This document shows, one piece after another, positions 28,733 through 38,478 of a DNA stretch of 64,000 nt. The translations under genes were made by a program, and so were the position numbers. The stretch is from a virus, in the IMG/VR virus record IMGVR_UViG_3300009000_000003, one strand, 5' to 3'. Each line of letters opens with the position of its first letter. Position 1 is the first letter of the stretch. The notes under the pieces were generated by a model. The model was not told where the DNA came from. It saw only the letters and a program-made list of their open reading frames with translations, and searched no databases.

Positions 28733-29673
28733 CACGAAACTCCACAAGTTTACCATACTTGTGGCGTGGACTATATCTTCATCTTTCTCTCGAAAGAGCC
28801 TTGCGCTTGGGGAACGTACCAATCTCATTCCCTACTCTACTCACTTCCATCTTTCGATGTGTTTTCGATAGTCTCTACACCTTCCTCTATTAAAGAGGCT
28901 TGGCACGGTATTGCCCAATAAATGGAGGGGTTCACCGTTAGCCCGTAATGGACACCCACTGGTAGTGGTTCACAAGGTTTTTTTCCTAGAGTCGCCTCTA
29001 GGGGAAACCGTAGAAACTGAAGTATAGTTTCTTTAGCAGTGTCAATATTCTCTTCTAATATAACGCAATAATGATAACCCATAGAAGTTAGCTCTTTGAT
29101 TTTTCTTTGATCACTCTTCTTTTGTTTTTCGAAAGAGTGAGCCCAAGAGCCATGAATATCTATACAATACTTTTGACCAAGATAAAAATCAATAGACCAT
29201 TGATTAATTCGTTTTTCATAGATATAAGCTAAATCTAATTCATCTAAAATTTCTTTAAGCTTTTCTTCTAAACGATTCATGGAAACATTTCTTCTAACAG
29301 AAACGCCCATGGCTTTTCTTTTGTGGCCAACAGCAGATTCACTACAGCCCCAAAGATCAGCTAGTTTAACATGGCTAAGATAAGGGTCTTTAAGCATTTG
29401 GATAGCTTCAGGAGTATTGGGAATTTTCTTACGATACATACGTTGTCTTTTTAAACCTAAGGCTTTTAAAAGACGGTAAACTGTTTCGTCACAAAAATTT
29501 AAATACTCTTGAAGTTCTGTTAATTTCATTAAATTGTAATTCTTTTGAACAAATTGAATTTGTTCTTGAGTAATTTCTTTATTAAAAGTGACACCGTTTA
29601 TAGTAGTTGACATATAACCTCCTGTAAAGTTGGCATATAGTAAACTACACAAAACAATACTTATTTCAAGTTA
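28733..29673 (-). mobile_element. Group I intron (IA2-like), 941 nt, in recA
   Basis: 5' exon ends in U (AAT|TAA), intron ends in G (GTG|CCA); IGS GTTTCC; P2 with GCGA loop; R GTAGAGACTA; S AAGATATAGTCC; P7.1/P7.2 hairpins; P9. Confidence 0.95.
28837..29613 (-). CDS. Intron-encoded homing endonuclease, Vsr-like (EDxHD) family
   Basis: GGAGG RBS before ATG at 29613; HTH-like N-terminal repeats; E..IDF...IDIHGSWAH...DQRK. Confidence 0.8.
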   Translation of the reverse strand: MSTTINGVTFNKEITQEQIQFVQKNYNLMKLTELQEYLNFCDETVYRLLKALGLKRQRMYRKKIPNTPEAIQMLKDPYLSHVKLADLWGCSESAVGHKRKAMGVSVRRNVSMNRLEEKLKEILDELDLAYIYEKRINQWSIDFYLGQKYCIDIHGSWAHSFEKQKKSDQRKIKELTSMGYHYCVILEENIDTAKETILQFLRFPLEATLGKKPCEPLPVGVHYGLTVNPSIYWAIPCQASLIEEGVETIENTSKDGSE

Positions 29674-30300
29674 ATTTCCGTACATGACACCAATATTCAT
29701 GCGAACTTGGTTAATAAATAAATATAAACAATCATGATCTACACTAATTTTGCTAATAGCTCGGAGAGCTTTAGAAAGTAATCTAGGTAAATCACCAACG
29801 CCCATCTCATTCATAAGTCGTTTAGTATCTCGTTCTGATTGAGCAGCGTCAATAGAGTCAAATACAATAACGCCTACTTTACCAGTCTTGCCAAGATCTT
29901 GGCAAAGCTGAAGCGCTTCTTCAGCAGTATCAGGGTAACAGAAAACCATACGATCAGGGTCGATTCCCATAGACTTAATAAGATCTAAACCAGTAGTACG
30001 CTCTAAATCTACAAATACTGGGACTCTATCGTAACCATAAGTATCTACATAAGACTTAACGATTTGAAGGCAAAGACTAGTTTTGCCAGCGCTTGGAGGA
30101 CCAAATATTTCTACAACTCTATCTGAAGGTAAACCTCCGACACCTAAAGCAGAGTCAAGAGTTACAGAACCTGTAGAAATTGCTTTTACTTTTTCATACT
30201 TTGGACCAAGAGAAATAGAATCTTCTTTGCCAAACTTTTTACTAATACTATTAGCAATTGCATCAATTTCTGGAATACCTGTAATTTTTTTAATTGCCAT
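29674..30300 (-). CDS. recA: RecA exon 1
   Basis: ISTGSVTLDSALGVGGLP, Walker A GPPSAGKT, FDSI, FINQVRMNIGVMYGN. Confidence 0.95.
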
Positions 30301-30488
30301 TAATCATCTCTTTCAGGATTTAAAACATGTTTTACTTCCTGAGGATCAGGAAGAGTGCAATCATGAATTTTATTTGCAATATCAGTATTGCCAAGCAAAT
30401 GAACAATTTCTGATAATGGGTGAGCTATTAAATTATGGATTGTCCATTTATATCTAATAGGTAAAATATTAATAATTTTTTTTATCAT
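30300..30488 (-). CDS. Small hypothetical protein
   Basis: WTIHNLIAHPLSE...HD motif; coupled to recA start. Confidence 0.5.
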   Translation of the reverse strand: MIKKIINILPIRYKWTIHNLIAHPLSEIVHLLGNTDIANKIHDCTLPDPQEVKHVLNPERDD

Positions 30489-30713
30489 TTAAATTTCCTG
30501 ATAGTAAAAAGTAGAATCATGCAAAACAACTTTTTTCCATAAAGAGACTTCTAAAGAAACATTTTCTTTAGTAGGATAGGAAAATAAATCGTAATCTTTA
30601 CAATTGAATTTATTATATAAAGTAATTACAGAAAGATTTACGTCTTTTGAAGAAATAGAAATAAAAATATTTTTATTTGTTTTAGTTTTTGCTGGGACTA
30701 ATATTTGGGTCAT
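30489..30713 (-). CDS. Hypothetical protein
   Basis: ORF in operon. Confidence 0.4.
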   Translation of the reverse strand: MTQILVPAKTKTNKNIFISISSKDVNLSVITLYNKFNCKDYDLFSYPTKENVSLEVSLWKKVVLHDSTFYYQEI

Positions 30714-31053
30714 TTAATATTTTCTTATCAATATTAATTACTTCAAAAAATTGAGAATCTAAAGTACCATAATCATATGGAGCGTTAGTTTTATGGCCTT
30801 CTCTAAAAAAGAAACCAGAAGAACCACTATTGATTGGATAAGTTACATCCTCCATTATACCTCTAGACAAATATTCTCCAGAGCCAGAAAGTACTTTAAA
30901 AGGTACATCTGACAACCTAGTAGGCGAAGATACTATTTCAACTAAAGTTCCAGGATTTAAATAGCCTGGTCCAGGACGATTGTAATCGTTATCTTTAATC
31001 TTTACTTTCTTGAGGACTTTTAGTTTGAGCCCTTTCTTCAGCTTTATTGTCAT
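30682..31053 (-). CDS. Hypothetical protein
   Basis: GAGG RBS; 123 aa. Confidence 0.45.
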   Translation of the reverse strand: MTIKLKKGLKLKVLKKVKIKDNDYNRPGPGYLNPGTLVEIVSSPTRLSDVPFKVLSGSGEYLSRGIMEDVTYPINSGSSGFFFREGHKTNAPYDYGTLDSQFFEVINIDKKILNDPNISPSKN

Positions 31054-31633
31054 TTAACACCTCGTCTAAATTAATTACTTCAAAAGTAACTTTATTATCT
31101 TTAATTGCGTCTCTAATTCGTCTTTGAGATTTGTTTAAAGAAGATTTACCAGTTTTTATATCTATGAATTTTATAGAAACTATCTCATCAGACTTTTTAT
31201 CTAATAAATCACTAAGGCCTTCAAAAAGAACATAATCCACAGGATTGCCCATAAAGCGATAATCTTTAGGATTAGTACCTTTAATTATAAAAGGTGCAAG
31301 ATGTTCTGTAGCTTGGCCACGCATAACTGATCTAGATTTATCTAAAGCGTCTTTTCTTGCTTTAATAAGTTCATTTTTATGAGAAGCTTTTAAAATTGTT
31401 ATTTGATTTTCTAAAGAATATACTTCTTCAAGAGAATTAGATAACTTGTTTTGGTTTTCTTCAAACTGATCAAAAAGTTTTTCTTTAGCTTCTTTAACTT
31501 CAAGAGATTTAGTTACTAATTGAGTAGCTAATTCAGAAAGAACAGTATTGAGCTCTTTGTTTTTTTTGTTTAAAAAATAAGCATAAATTAATAAAGAAAA
31601 ATATGCTATTATAAATAATATTTTATAAATCAT
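30995..31633 (-). CDS. Membrane-anchored Holliday junction resolvase-like endonuclease (Endonuc_Holl type)
   Basis: N-terminal TM and coiled coil; SRSVMRGQATEHLAPF...FMGNPVDYV...DIKTGKS.L...QRRIRD. Confidence 0.75.
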   Translation of the reverse strand: MIYKILFIIAYFSLLIYAYFLNKKNKELNTVLSELATQLVTKSLEVKEAKEKLFDQFEENQNKLSNSLEEVYSLENQITILKASHKNELIKARKDALDKSRSVMRGQATEHLAPFIIKGTNPKDYRFMGNPVDYVLFEGLSDLLDKKSDEIVSIKFIDIKTGKSSLNKSQRRIRDAIKDNKVTFEVINLDEVLNDNKAEERAQTKSPQESKD

Positions 31634-31634
31634 T

Positions 31635-32213
31635 TTAATTAAATGCTGAATTTATTTTTAAAAATAAATAAAAATGTTTAAATAAAGAATCTAATTCAGA
31701 ATCAGATAAATTAATATTTGATTCTAAAAGTATTATTTTTAAACATAATTTTAAATAAATTCTATCAGCGCCTTTTTTCTTAACAGGACAATAAATTCGA
31801 TTATTTTCATAGTCAATATAATGATTTTTTGGAGAGTTTATTATTGAATAAACTTTACCAGATATAGATATTTTTTCTGGTATCTTTATATCATGGAAAT
31901 TTTTATTCCACCAGTAATCAATTGAATCTGAAATAATATTATTTCGTATCTGTTCCATATTGACCTGTGTAGTGTTTAATATATTAATTAATAAATCTCT
32001 TGTAGATAAATGAATTGAATCATCTTCATCATCTACAAAAGATTCAAAAGTGTATGTATCGTCAAAAAATAAATCAACTGAGTTGTTAAATGATTCTTCA
32101 AGAAAAGTTTTATTTCTGTTTTTCTTATGTTGGAGTTTTATATAATCAGTTGCTGCTGCTTCTAAAACAGCGCGCATGATTTTTTTTACATCTTCAGAAG
32201 AATCATATTTCAT
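31635..32213 (-). CDS. Hypothetical protein
   Basis: 192 aa ORF in operon. Confidence 0.5.
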   Translation of the reverse strand: MKYDSSEDVKKIMRAVLEAAATDYIKLQHKKNRNKTFLEESFNNSVDLFFDDTYTFESFVDDEDDSIHLSTRDLLINILNTTQVNMEQIRNNIISDSIDYWWNKNFHDIKIPEKISISGKVYSIINSPKNHYIDYENNRIYCPVKKKGADRIYLKLCLKIILLESNINLSDSELDSLFKHFYLFLKINSAFN

Positions 32214-32216
32214 TGA

Positions 32217-32564
32217 TTATACTTTTTTGCCACCATGGCGATGTGGTCTAGATTTATTATAAATGATCTTTTCATTTAATGCTTCCTCTAGATCAATACC
32301 ATACTTACCGCAAAAATCAAATATTCTGATAACACAATCTGCAAGCTCAATAGGAATGCCTTCAGGCTTTCTAGGTTTATCAGGATTATAATAAACCTCT
32401 GTAGGGGTACGACCATTGCGGTACTCCTCTAAAGCTTCACTAAGTTCAGAATGCATAAGAGCAATTAGATCACCAATAGATCTTTCTTGTTCATGCCAAC
32501 CTTTTTCTACAGCGTTATCGTAAGAAATTTGAACATATTCGTTGACGTAATGTCTGTTAATCAT
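32217..32564 (-). CDS. MazG-like NTP pyrophosphohydrolase
   Basis: HSELSEALE...ELADCVIR...NKSRPHRHG. Confidence 0.85.
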   Translation of the reverse strand: MINRHYVNEYVQISYDNAVEKGWHEQERSIGDLIALMHSELSEALEEYRNGRTPTEVYYNPDKPRKPEGIPIELADCVIRIFDFCGKYGIDLEEALNEKIIYNKSRPHRHGGKKV

Positions 32565-32572
32565 TTTTTTCC

Positions 32573-33547
32573 TTAATTAATTAAAGACCAATCTAGTTCT
32601 CCAGAAAGGCCAGAAGCGTTATAATCAGTAACTGTTCCTTCAAAAAAATTCTTAAAGGAATCTCCAGAAACAATCCAATCAAGCCAAGGCAATGGGTTGT
32701 CTTTTTGTTTAAAAATAGGTTTCATACCAAGCTGAAGCAGTCTTCTATCCGCTAAATAAGAAATATACTTTTTAACTTCTTCACGAGTTAAACCTTGAGA
32801 AGAAGAGTTATCGTATATTAAGTCAATTAAATCATGCTCTAATTTAACAGCTTGAGTAAAATTACTATAAATATATGTTTTTAAAGTATCTGTAACTAAA
32901 TGAGGGTTTTCTTCTAGGTATGTATGAAATAATTTAGTTATAGCCTCTACATGAAGAGTTTCATCTCGTATAGACCATTCAACAATCTCACACATGCCTT
33001 TCATTTTACCAAATCTTTGATAGTTTAAAAGCATTACAAATGCAGAAAAAAGAGACATGCCTTCATTACAAACGCTCCTTGCTAATTCAAAAGCAAGATT
33101 TTGATCATGCTTCTTCATGCTTTTAGGAGGTTGCATCATAAAATCAATTTTATCTGACATCTCTTTAAATTTTAAAAATAAAGAATATTCTTCTTCAGGA
33201 ATTCCTAAAGTATCATTTAAGAGTGCATATGATCTTTGGTGAGTTCCTTCGCGATTAGCAAAAGAAAGAAGCATATTGCGTATTTCATTATTTTTAAAAG
33301 CCTGTATAAATATATCACAATAATTTCCTCCGACAGCTACATCTGACTGAGTAAAAATTCTCAAGATATTTGTGATATGATTTTTTTCTTCTTGAGTAAT
33401 TTTATTTGATTTCCATTGGTTTAAATCTTCTTGAAGTTTAGCTTCCCAAGAACCCCAATGAATTTTTTCGTGTTGTTCAGCATATTCCATAGCCCAAGGA
33501 TAATTAAAGGGCTTATAAGTTTTAGAGTATTCGGTTAACCTTGACAT
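32573..33547 (-). CDS. nrdB: Ribonucleotide reductase class Ia beta subunit
   Basis: FTQSD, EGTHQRSY (radical Tyr), EG..LFSAF, RDETLH, NFFE. Confidence 0.95.
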   Translation of the reverse strand: MSRLTEYSKTYKPFNYPWAMEYAEQHEKIHWGSWEAKLQEDLNQWKSNKITQEEKNHITNILRIFTQSDVAVGGNYCDIFIQAFKNNEIRNMLLSFANREGTHQRSYALLNDTLGIPEEEYSLFLKFKEMSDKIDFMMQPPKSMKKHDQNLAFELARSVCNEGMSLFSAFVMLLNYQRFGKMKGMCEIVEWSIRDETLHVEAITKLFHTYLEENPHLVTDTLKTYIYSNFTQAVKLEHDLIDLIYDNSSSQGLTREEVKKYISYLADRRLLQLGMKPIFKQKDNPLPWLDWIVSGDSFKNFFEGTVTDYNASGLSGELDWSLIN

Positions 33548-35250
33548 GAAAGGCACTCCTCAAAATCTTTTAAAGTTTTTCGTTCGATTTTATTAGAAAC
33601 TTTTTCTCCAGAAACACCAGCATTAGTTCTTAAATAATAAAGACCTTTTAGATTGCGTTTCCAAGCAATAATATGAGTCATATTGACATTATTGATATCG
33701 GTACCGCTAGGAAAGAAAAGATTTACAGATTGTCCCTGACAAATCCATTCCTGCCTAATAGCTGCATGTTCAATTATCCAGGTTTGGTCTAATTCAAACG
33801 CAGTTTTAAATACTTGTTTTTCGTAATCAGTCAAATAATCAAGGTGTTGAATTGAACCTTGAGCAAGAATAATAGATTGAATTTGATCATCAAGCCAAGA
33901 GTCTTCTTCAGAAAGAATATTTTGATGTTTTTTTAAACATTCTAAAAGATATTTATTTACTTGAAGAAAAGAACCTGCTCTTGTTCTATGGGTAAAAGCA
34001 TTAGATTTCCAAGGCTCAATACTAGGAGAAGTATTAAGAATAATACTACTATTGGCGTTAGGAGCAATAGCAAGTAAATGGCTATTCCTTCTTGTTTTAG
34101 TATCGTCATCTAAATAAGCACCTTTTTCTTTTGCTAATCTTTCAGTTGCAAGCACAGCTTCAGATTTAATAAAAGAAAATATATTTCTATTTAAAGAAAT
34201 AGCTAAAGCAGATTCAAAAGCAATATTTTTTCTTTGAAGCAAGCTATGAAATCCCATAGCTCCAAGACCAAGAGATCTTTCTCTTGTAGCAGAAAAAACT
34301 GCTTTTTCTAAATGACTAGGAGCGTTAACAATAAAATATTGCAAAACATCGTCTAAATATTCAATTAAATCTTGGACAATTGAAGTTTCTTTCCAATCAT
34401 CAAAATATTCAAGATTTAAAGATGATAAGCAGCAAACTGCAGACCTATCAGGGGACGTGGGTAAGTGAATTTCATTGCATAAATTAGATCCATTTATTTT
34501 AAGTCCTTTATTTTTTAATTGAATGGGAAGTTTATTATTTGCACTGTCAATAAAATTTAAATAAGGTTCACCAGTTCGAAATCTTGCTTCTAATATTCTA
34601 GTCCAAAGTTTTCTAGCTGATAAAGTATCAAAAATTGTTTTATGTTTAGGATCGACAAGATCCCACTTTTTATCTAGAAGAACAGCTTCCATAAAAGAGT
34701 CAGTAATGTTTATTGCATTATGTATATTAAAACATTTACGATTTGAATCACCGCCAGTAGGCATTCTAATATTTAAAAATTCCAAAATATCAGGATGACT
34801 AATGTCTATGTAAGCAGCATAACTTCCTCTGCGAGTGCTACCTTGAGAATAAGCTAGCATGTCGGAATCAACTGTTTTTAAAAAAGGTATAGGTCCTGGA
34901 GACTTCTTTGAAACAGAACGAATGTCGGACCAATGGCCTCCAACGCCTCCACCCATAACACTCATCCACCGCAATTCTTCTGTATGCTGAATTAAACCTT
35001 CAACTGAATCGGGTACATAAGATAAGAAACAAGATATAGGTAGTCCAGTTCTGCCAGCGTTTGACAAAATAGGACTGCTAAACATAAACCAACCTTTTTT
35101 AGCATATTCTGCAATTCTAGAAGCTAGATCTTTGTTATCAGTATAAGCATAAGCTGCTCGAGTAAAAGCTTCTTCAGGAGAAGTCTCTCCATCAGCAAAA
35201 TAATAATTTTGTAATAATGAAATTGCGTGATCTGAAAAGACAAAATTCAT
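33535..35250 (-). CDS. nrdA: Ribonucleotide reductase class Ia alpha subunit
   Basis: PISCF, SNLCNEI, APNANSS, QGQSVN, LYYLR, C-terminal CLSCQG. Confidence 0.95.
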   Translation of the reverse strand: MNFVFSDHAISLLQNYYFADGETSPEEAFTRAAYAYTDNKDLASRIAEYAKKGWFMFSSPILSNAGRTGLPISCFLSYVPDSVEGLIQHTEELRWMSVMGGGVGGHWSDIRSVSKKSPGPIPFLKTVDSDMLAYSQGSTRRGSYAAYIDISHPDILEFLNIRMPTGGDSNRKCFNIHNAINITDSFMEAVLLDKKWDLVDPKHKTIFDTLSARKLWTRILEARFRTGEPYLNFIDSANNKLPIQLKNKGLKINGSNLCNEIHLPTSPDRSAVCCLSSLNLEYFDDWKETSIVQDLIEYLDDVLQYFIVNAPSHLEKAVFSATRERSLGLGAMGFHSLLQRKNIAFESALAISLNRNIFSFIKSEAVLATERLAKEKGAYLDDDTKTRRNSHLLAIAPNANSSIILNTSPSIEPWKSNAFTHRTRAGSFLQVNKYLLECLKKHQNILSEEDSWLDDQIQSIILAQGSIQHLDYLTDYEKQVFKTAFELDQTWIIEHAAIRQEWICQGQSVNLFFPSGTDINNVNMTHIIAWKRNLKGLYYLRTNAGVSGEKVSNKIERKTLKDFEECLSCQG

Positions 35251-35261
35251 TTTAATATCCT

Positions 35262-35531
35262 TTAATTAAATATTTTTATTAATCTTTCCAAATAATTTCT
35301 TTTGTAAAAGATTAAAGTAAAATTAACTAGCAAACCACAAACTACAGAAGCAATTACTGCCGAAAGTGATTTGCTTATACTAGTTAAAAGCAAGAAAGAA
35401 GTCAATACAGAGAGCAAATCTGTTAAAGCAAAATGCTTTAATAAAATTCTTTTCAAAAAATTAGGAAAATGTTGAAAAGAAAAAATAAAACTAATCCATG
35501 TAATGACTCCAAGTATCATTCCATCATACAA
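35262..35531 (-). CDS. Small multi-pass membrane protein
   Basis: Three hydrophobic segments. Confidence 0.5.
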   Translation of the reverse strand: MYDGMILGVITWISFIFSFQHFPNFLKRILLKHFALTDLLSVLTSFLLLTSISKSLSAVIASVVCGLLVNFTLIFYKRNYLERLIKIFN

Positions 35532-35540
35532 AATAAAAGC

Positions 35541-36104
35541 CTATTGAGAGGTAAATTTCATTTCTACGGAAAGAGATAATCCAATTTGCTCAAATACTTT
35601 TCTAAGTTCAAGTAATGTATCGAATCTTTGTTTCCAAAAAGTCTTTACAATTCTTGCTGCTTTTTCTGCAGAAACTGTGTTGGATAAATAACTATCCGCC
35701 ATTCTTTCAATAACAGTTGCAGCTGGACGCTTTGCTCCCTTGGCTGCAAAATTTGAGACAATAATATTTATCAAATCACTTTTTTTAATACTATTGCCAC
35801 CACCTATAGCATCAACCATAGAAGAGGCAAGAGAATAATAATTTGAAGAAATTTGAATATTGTTAGCAAGCTTAGTTAAAAGAGCTCTAAATTTTAAAAT
35901 ATCAAGCTCTTTAACAGTAGGAACTTCAATCATAAGATCAGAAGCCCATTCATATAAGGTTTTATCATAAAAGATAAACTCTTTTATAAAGCTTTCAGTA
36001 ATAGCTGAGTAAGTTTCAGCACCAATTTTAAGCTCATCTACAAGCTCTTGAGCTTCAATATTTATAAGCTCAATAACTTTTTCTTCATTGGTTTCTGCTG
36101 TCAT
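35541..36104 (-). CDS. Hypothetical helical protein
   Basis: Likely start MTAETNEE overlapping the upstream stop. Confidence 0.5.
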   Translation of the reverse strand: MTAETNEEKVIELINIEAQELVDELKIGAETYSAITESFIKEFIFYDKTLYEWASDLMIEVPTVKELDILKFRALLTKLANNIQISSNYYSLASSMVDAIGGGNSIKKSDLINIIVSNFAAKGAKRPAATVIERMADSYLSNTVSAEKAARIVKTFWKQRFDTLLELRKVFEQIGLSLSVEMKFTSQ

Positions 36105-36517
36105 TAAAAGCCCCAAAGAGGTTTACGTTCGCGAGAAGTAACTGCACCGGGATCAGATTGTGCTGCAACCTCTCTAGCTGCGCTAACTTTAGCTTTAGAA
36201 GGAGCCGAAGATGCAGATGTAGCAGCTAGTGGGTCTGAAGTAGATGCATAAGAATTTAAAATAGAATCTTTAAGCTCTTTAGAGAAAGCTAAACCATCTT
36301 CATTCTTGAATCGAATATCATCAAAATATTTTTCGACTTTTTGACCATCTTCCATAATAGTACCTTTGTGGCTTGGAACAGATACAAAAAGACCATTAGA
36401 ACCTTGAATGATTTTAAAGCCGTCAATCTCCATGATATCGTCAATAATAACAGAAGCAATACCTTTAAGCTTTGATGCTGAATTAATTTTTCTTACATTA
36501 ATCGTATATGAAAACAT
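36104..36517 (-). CDS. spoVG: SpoVG-family nucleic-acid-binding protein
   Basis: KLKGIASVIID...IDGFKIIQGSNGLFVSVPS.K...YFD. Confidence 0.8.
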   Translation of the reverse strand: MFSYTINVRKINSASKLKGIASVIIDDIMEIDGFKIIQGSNGLFVSVPSHKGTIMEDGQKVEKYFDDIRFKNEDGLAFSKELKDSILNSYASTSDPLAATSASSAPSKAKVSAAREVAAQSDPGAVTSRERKPLWGF

Positions 36518-36795
36518 TATTTATCCTTAATAATTTCAACATTATTTTTTACTAAAAATAATTTATAATAATAGCCAACTAAAAAATATATAGAGAGTAA
36601 TTGTTTTAAAGTTAAATCATCGACTTTATCAAAATTTGCAAAATAAGAATTTAATTCTTTTACAAAAGCATCAATAACTTCTTGATCTTTTTGTTCTAAA
36701 TTTTCGTTTACATGCTTTAATAAGTTTAAAGTGAGCTGATTGAGATTTAAATTAAAAGAATCACCCTGAGAAGGAGAAACTTTAAATTTAAACAT
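36517..36795 (-). CDS. Hypothetical protein
   Basis: ORF in operon. Confidence 0.45.
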   Translation of the reverse strand: MFKFKVSPSQGDSFNLNLNQLTLNLLKHVNENLEQKDQEVIDAFVKELNSYFANFDKVDDLTLKQLLSIYFLVGYYYKLFLVKNNVEIIKDK

Positions 36796-36796
36796 A

Positions 36797-37225
36797 CTAC
36801 TGCCACCCTAACATTCGAGGAAGAGCAGCAGTAAATAATCTACCAAGAACTTGAAACTCTCCAGCAGATAAAGAAACAGAAACTCTTTTATCCCCTGAAG
36901 AAAGACCCATCATAAAAGTACCAGCATATTTACCTTCGCCAGGTGTAATAGTAAGCTTTTTGCCAGTACCATCATTATCATGATAAAAACTTCCCCACTT
37001 TGGGGAAGAAGGATCATCAAAAAATTGAGTTAAATCATTGATACCAAAAGCAAATGTAATCTTTTGATTTTTCCAATCATAAGATTTTTCTCCTTGAGAA
37101 GGAGCCATCTCTAAAAGCACCGCACCAGTTTTTTGAATTCTATTATTATCGTCTACTCTAGGAGGCAATAAAGTGAATTGAGCTGCTGCAGATTTTTTAT
37201 AAATGTTAAATGAAGTTGGATACAT
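36797..37225 (-). CDS. Whirly-family ssDNA-binding protein
   Basis: IYKKSAAA, LLEMAP, YDW, FYHD, GEFQVL...LPRMLGW match the motif order of plant Whirly; AAGGA RBS before ATG at 37225. Confidence 0.7.
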   Translation of the reverse strand: MYPTSFNIYKKSAAAQFTLLPPRVDDNNRIQKTGAVLLEMAPSQGEKSYDWKNQKITFAFGINDLTQFFDDPSSPKWGSFYHDNDGTGKKLTITPGEGKYAGTFMMGLSSGDKRVSVSLSAGEFQVLGRLFTAALPRMLGWQ

Positions 37226-38081
37226 TATTTTCCTTTTCCAAGTTATAATATTCGTCGGAAATTGATTCACAAAGATCAGCTAATACAGATCTATATTGTG
37301 AAGTTAAAGTTATTTGTGAAGTTGCTGTAGAATCTTTAAATGCATAAGATTCTAAAAAAATGTGTAAACCAGATTCCTTTTTTCTAAAAGGAGCATCTAT
37401 TTGACCTAAATCACCAAGGCAAATTAATTTACTTGTAGAAGCAACTCTAGAAACAATAGTTTTCATTGTATGGATATCTGCATTTTGACATTCATCAAAT
37501 ATAACAACTGAATTTTCTAAAGACATGCCTCTTGCTAATTCTACTGGAAGGTATTTTAACCTGTTGTTTTCAAGCATTTCGAATATAAAATGCTCAGCAT
37601 CTCTACCTAAAAGAGAGTTTATATGTACCATATAACTAGACATGATACCAGACATTTTATCGTTTACATCACCAGGTAAAATGCCCATAACATTAGATTT
37701 ACCTCCTACATATATAGAAGGTTTAATTAAAACAATATCTTTGTCATTTTTAAAATATTCATTTAAAGCGTAAGCTATAGAAAGCAAGGTTTTGCCAGTA
37801 CCAGCTTTTCCTAAAGCAACAGACATTAAAATATTTTTATCTAATAAGGAATCAATAAAAGCTTTTTGTTTAGAGTCTTTTGGTTTGATTCCTTGTAAAT
37901 CTTTATAAGATAAAAGAGTAAAGTATGGAGATTTATATTTAGCTAAAGCTGAAGAAGTAGAAGATTTTAAAACTAAATATTCATTTTCATCTGGTTCAAA
38001 ATCAAAAAAATCAGGTATTTTTAATTTCTTTTCTTTAAAAAATGAATCAATATAATTTTGGTCTATATGCAGATCTCTCAT
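37206..38081 (-). CDS. phoH: PhoH-like ATPase
   Basis: GKAGTGKT, GILPG, RGMSL, DECQN, GDLGQID. Confidence 0.92.
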   Translation of the reverse strand: MRDLHIDQNYIDSFFKEKKLKIPDFFDFEPDENEYLVLKSSTSSALAKYKSPYFTLLSYKDLQGIKPKDSKQKAFIDSLLDKNILMSVALGKAGTGKTLLSIAYALNEYFKNDKDIVLIKPSIYVGGKSNVMGILPGDVNDKMSGIMSSYMVHINSLLGRDAEHFIFEMLENNRLKYLPVELARGMSLENSVVIFDECQNADIHTMKTIVSRVASTSKLICLGDLGQIDAPFRKKESGLHIFLESYAFKDSTATSQITLTSQYRSVLADLCESISDEYYNLEKENNVSNFI

Positions 38082-38193
38082 ATGTATTCCTTTTTATGGA
38101 AAGGTTGAGATAGTCTACTTTAAGACTAATAAAAACAACAAGCTTTGAAAAAATAAACAACAAGTATATATTTTGTATTTTAAAAATAAGAAC

Positions 38194-38478
38194 TTATGTT
38201 TTGATTTTCCATTTTTGAAACATTTCTTTACGTTGTTGACGAATAGATTTATTCATTTCATAATATGATTTTTTATTACTGAATAATACATGAAGACCAG
38301 ACGCACGCAAACGTTTATCTGGCCGAACTTTAACATGATTACCTTTATTTCTTTCTTCTATAATTAAACTAGAAAGAGCTAAAATATAATCAGTGTAATT
38401 TGTTTTTATATTTAAATCGTAATAAAATAAAGTACTATTTTCGTCAATCTTTTTATGTAAAAAAGATTTGACTGTCAT
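38194..38478 (-). CDS. Hypothetical protein
   Basis: ORF in operon. Confidence 0.4.
   Translation of the reverse strand: MTVKSFLHKKIDENSTLFYYDLNIKTNYTDYILALSSLIIEERNKGNHVKVRPDKRLRASGLHVLFSNKKSYYEMNKSIRQQRKEMFQKWKIKT

Noticed and set aside
28733-28828. N-terminal 32 aa of track ORF 28292..28828
   Set aside because: This is intron RNA (P7-P9); RecA coding resumes at CCA, position 28732.
29671-29673. recA as a pseudogene or stop-codon recoding
   Set aside because: The TAA is the first three bases of the group I intron. Elsewhere genes are intact in the standard code and TAA, TAG and TGA all act as stops.
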